Shown one piece after another: positions 62,065 through 64,000 of a stretch of 64,000 nt of DNA. The first letter of the stretch is position 1. Each line of letters begins with the position of its first letter. Source of the stretch: Octopus bimaculoides (lineage: Eukaryota); contig NC_068982.1 in assembly GCF_001194135.2 (NCBI RefSeq), positions 189,087,867 to 189,151,866 of the forward strand, read 5' to 3'. Made by a program: the position numbers and the translations under genes. A model generated the notes under the pieces. That model had not been told where the DNA came from and ran no database searches. It saw nothing but the letters and a program-made list of their open reading frames with translations.

Positions 62065-62325
62065 ACTGTATTATCTAATGGCTACGGAGCCGACATTAGA
62101 CTTCAATGGAGACATATAGAGAAACTCCATCAAAAACTAGCTCGTCTTTCAAAGCATCTAACTTTCTTGTTTAGATGTTGAGACTCAAAACTAATACCAC
62201 CTGGCTTGAATATAAATGACACCAGTGGATTCATACAAAGCTAGAAGAGTAGCAGAAAAGGCAGGACATGCCCTCGTTCGTGAGAAGATCCATTACAACC
62301 GTCAAGATGAGGACAAAAAATGTTC
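62065..62325 (+). mobile_element. Penelope-like element ORF N-terminal fragment
   Basis: YGADIRLQWRHIEKLHQKLARLSKHLTFLFRC*DSKLIPPGLNI (fs) TPVDSYKARRVAEKAGHALVREKI resembles the HLxFLxRC..IPxGL motif at the start of Penelope-like ORFs; runs into caagatgaggacaaa. Confidence 0.65.
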
Positions 62326-63119
62326 CTACGCGAAGAGAAGTTCTTGGCCATTACAGCGGTGTTTCTTGGGTGGTTTGTGATTATAAACCGGCCAGACAAC
62401 TTCGCTACAAAGAACTACGATTTCTCTGATGTGTAACGAGAAATGGGTGAAAGACACACCTAATGATGATACATGTAAGAAGAAACGTGTAAGCGGGGAA
62501 TGCTTTGGTCAGCCCGAGGCTACAGTAGAAGACACTTGCTCATATTTATGTGACAGGCTTCTTTCAGTTTCCAAAGACTTGTGAGTGGATTTGAAAGACG
62601 GAACCTGAAAGAAGCCCATCATTTATACACACGCGCGCATATGTGCGTGTGCGTGTGAATGTATATATGTGTGCGTGTGTGTGTCTGTGTGTGCGCGTGT
62701 GTCTTTGTGTCCGTGTTTGTCCCCACCACCGCTACTTAACAACCGGTGTTGATGTGTTTACGCATCTGTAACTTAGCACTTCAGCAAAAGAGACCGATAG
62801 AATAGGTACCAGCCTGGGGTCGATTCTTTCGACTAAAAATTCTTCAAGGCAGTGCCCCAGTATGGCCGTAGTTTAATAACTGAAACAACTAAAAGACACT
62901 CCGCTTGGAGTATAGCTTTAGAATTATAATTGCTGGGGTCCTTGGAGTTGTAACTGACTCCGAACCAGTTCCGAGGTGGCGGGGTGGGGGTGGGGGAGCT
63001 GGGCACACGCGTGAGCCGAATGCCCGAACCACTAAGCCATGCGCCTTCACCATCAACAACGACAACAACAACAACAACCAATCAGTTTGAATGCTCCCCC
63101 TCCCCCGACCACTTTTCCC

Positions 63120-63325
63120 TGTTGGCAGAACCGTTAGCAAACCGGGAAAACTGCTTTGCAGCATTTCGTCCGTCTCCAAGTTCTGAGTTCGAATTCCGCC
63201 GAGGTTGACTTTACTTCTCATCATTTCGCGGGGTCGGTAAATTAAGTACCAGTTGCGTACTGGAGTCGATGTAATCGACATTCCCTTCCCCCCATTTTTC
63301 AGGCCTTGTGCCTATAGTAGAAAGG
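63120..63325 (+). mobile_element. tRNA-derived SINE family C (representative copy)
   Basis: ggcagaa.cgttagca..gagttcgaattccgccgaggt.gacttt..gtcgatgtaatcgac..ggccttgtgcctatagtagaaagga; other copies at about 5440, 35120, 37665, 43695, 44105, 51155, 52410 and 58135. Confidence 0.8.
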
Positions 63326-63394
63326 ATAATTATTATTATTATTGAGTGAGAGAGCAGTGCATGCCATCAGTGACACTGGGGTAAAATATACGAA

Positions 63395-63522
63395 GCCCAA
63401 TATACCCATCATGACTACCAGTCTGATAAGGGTACATGCCCAATATACCCATCATGACTACCAGTCTGATAAGAGTGCATGCCCAATATACCCATCATGA
63501 CTACCTGTCTGATAAGGGTACA
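63395..63522. repeat. 43-bp unit tandemly triplicated inside a larger interspersed repeat (about 63340-63885)
   Basis: GCCCAATATACCCATCATGACTACCAGTCTGATAAGGGTACAT x3, with a few substitutions. Confidence 0.9.
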
Positions 63523-64000
63523 CCAGTCACATGCATCACAACCATATGTGCGTGACATGGTGATCTCATATCAAGATAAACAACGCATGACCTCACAGGT
63601 GAGTCTCAATTAGAATTTTCTTCTGGTCGAGTAGCCCATCCCGCTCAAAAGGTCCCTGAATAAGGATTATTTAAGGATATTGAATAAAACACCCATGTTT
63701 CCTACTACTTCTGCTCCTGATCAGAGATGCACATATCGTCAGTCACCAAGGGACATGCTCAACTGGTTAAGGTCAAACTACTGACAAGCAAATCTGTGGT
63801 ATTAAGCGGAATATTTGCTGAGTCCATCTTTTATACCAAGACAAAACAATGTACATGATAACACTTCCAATCAGTTGAGATCTTATAATAATAATAATAA
63901 TAATAATAATATTAATAATAATAATAATAATAATAATTATTATTATGACCGTTAAGCGCGCCGTGCGAAATGCTTAGCGGCATTTCCTCTGTTTCACGTT

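Noticed and set aside
63395-63522. CRISPR-like array
   Set aside because: The units are contiguous with no unique spacers, and the context is eukaryotic.

Overview
Repeat-saturated, AT-rich animal genomic DNA with many assembly gaps. The SINE, MITE and microsatellite repertoire looks like that of an octopod cephalopod (inference from recognising the repeats, not from a search). Three intact protein-coding genes lie within about 16 kb, and all three have uninterrupted coding regions: PAM16/Magmas (35984-36364, -), a 1566-aa mammalian-type TIMELESS/timeout (45476-50176, -) and, head-to-head with it, a membrane-anchored RING-finger E3 ligase (51563-52318, +). I could not identify a convincing spliced exon elsewhere. 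The rest is fragments of CR1, RTE, R4/Dong-type, Penelope-like and Gypsy retroelements, two DD37D (maT) Tc1/mariner relics, several MITE families, three or four SINE families and (TA)n, (CA)n and (GAT)n arrays. The most unusual signals: (1) hammerhead-ribozyme folds, one inside a tRNA-headed SINE whose tail matches sequence next to a Penelope-like ORF fragment; (2) the intronless TIMELESS, with an expanded motif-repeat C-terminus and a 250-nt fold-back just past its stop codon; (3) a 140-bp inverted duplication bracketing TIMELESS; (4) TIR elements that carry retroelement fragments. All alignments and counts were done by eye, so repeat boundaries are approximate.
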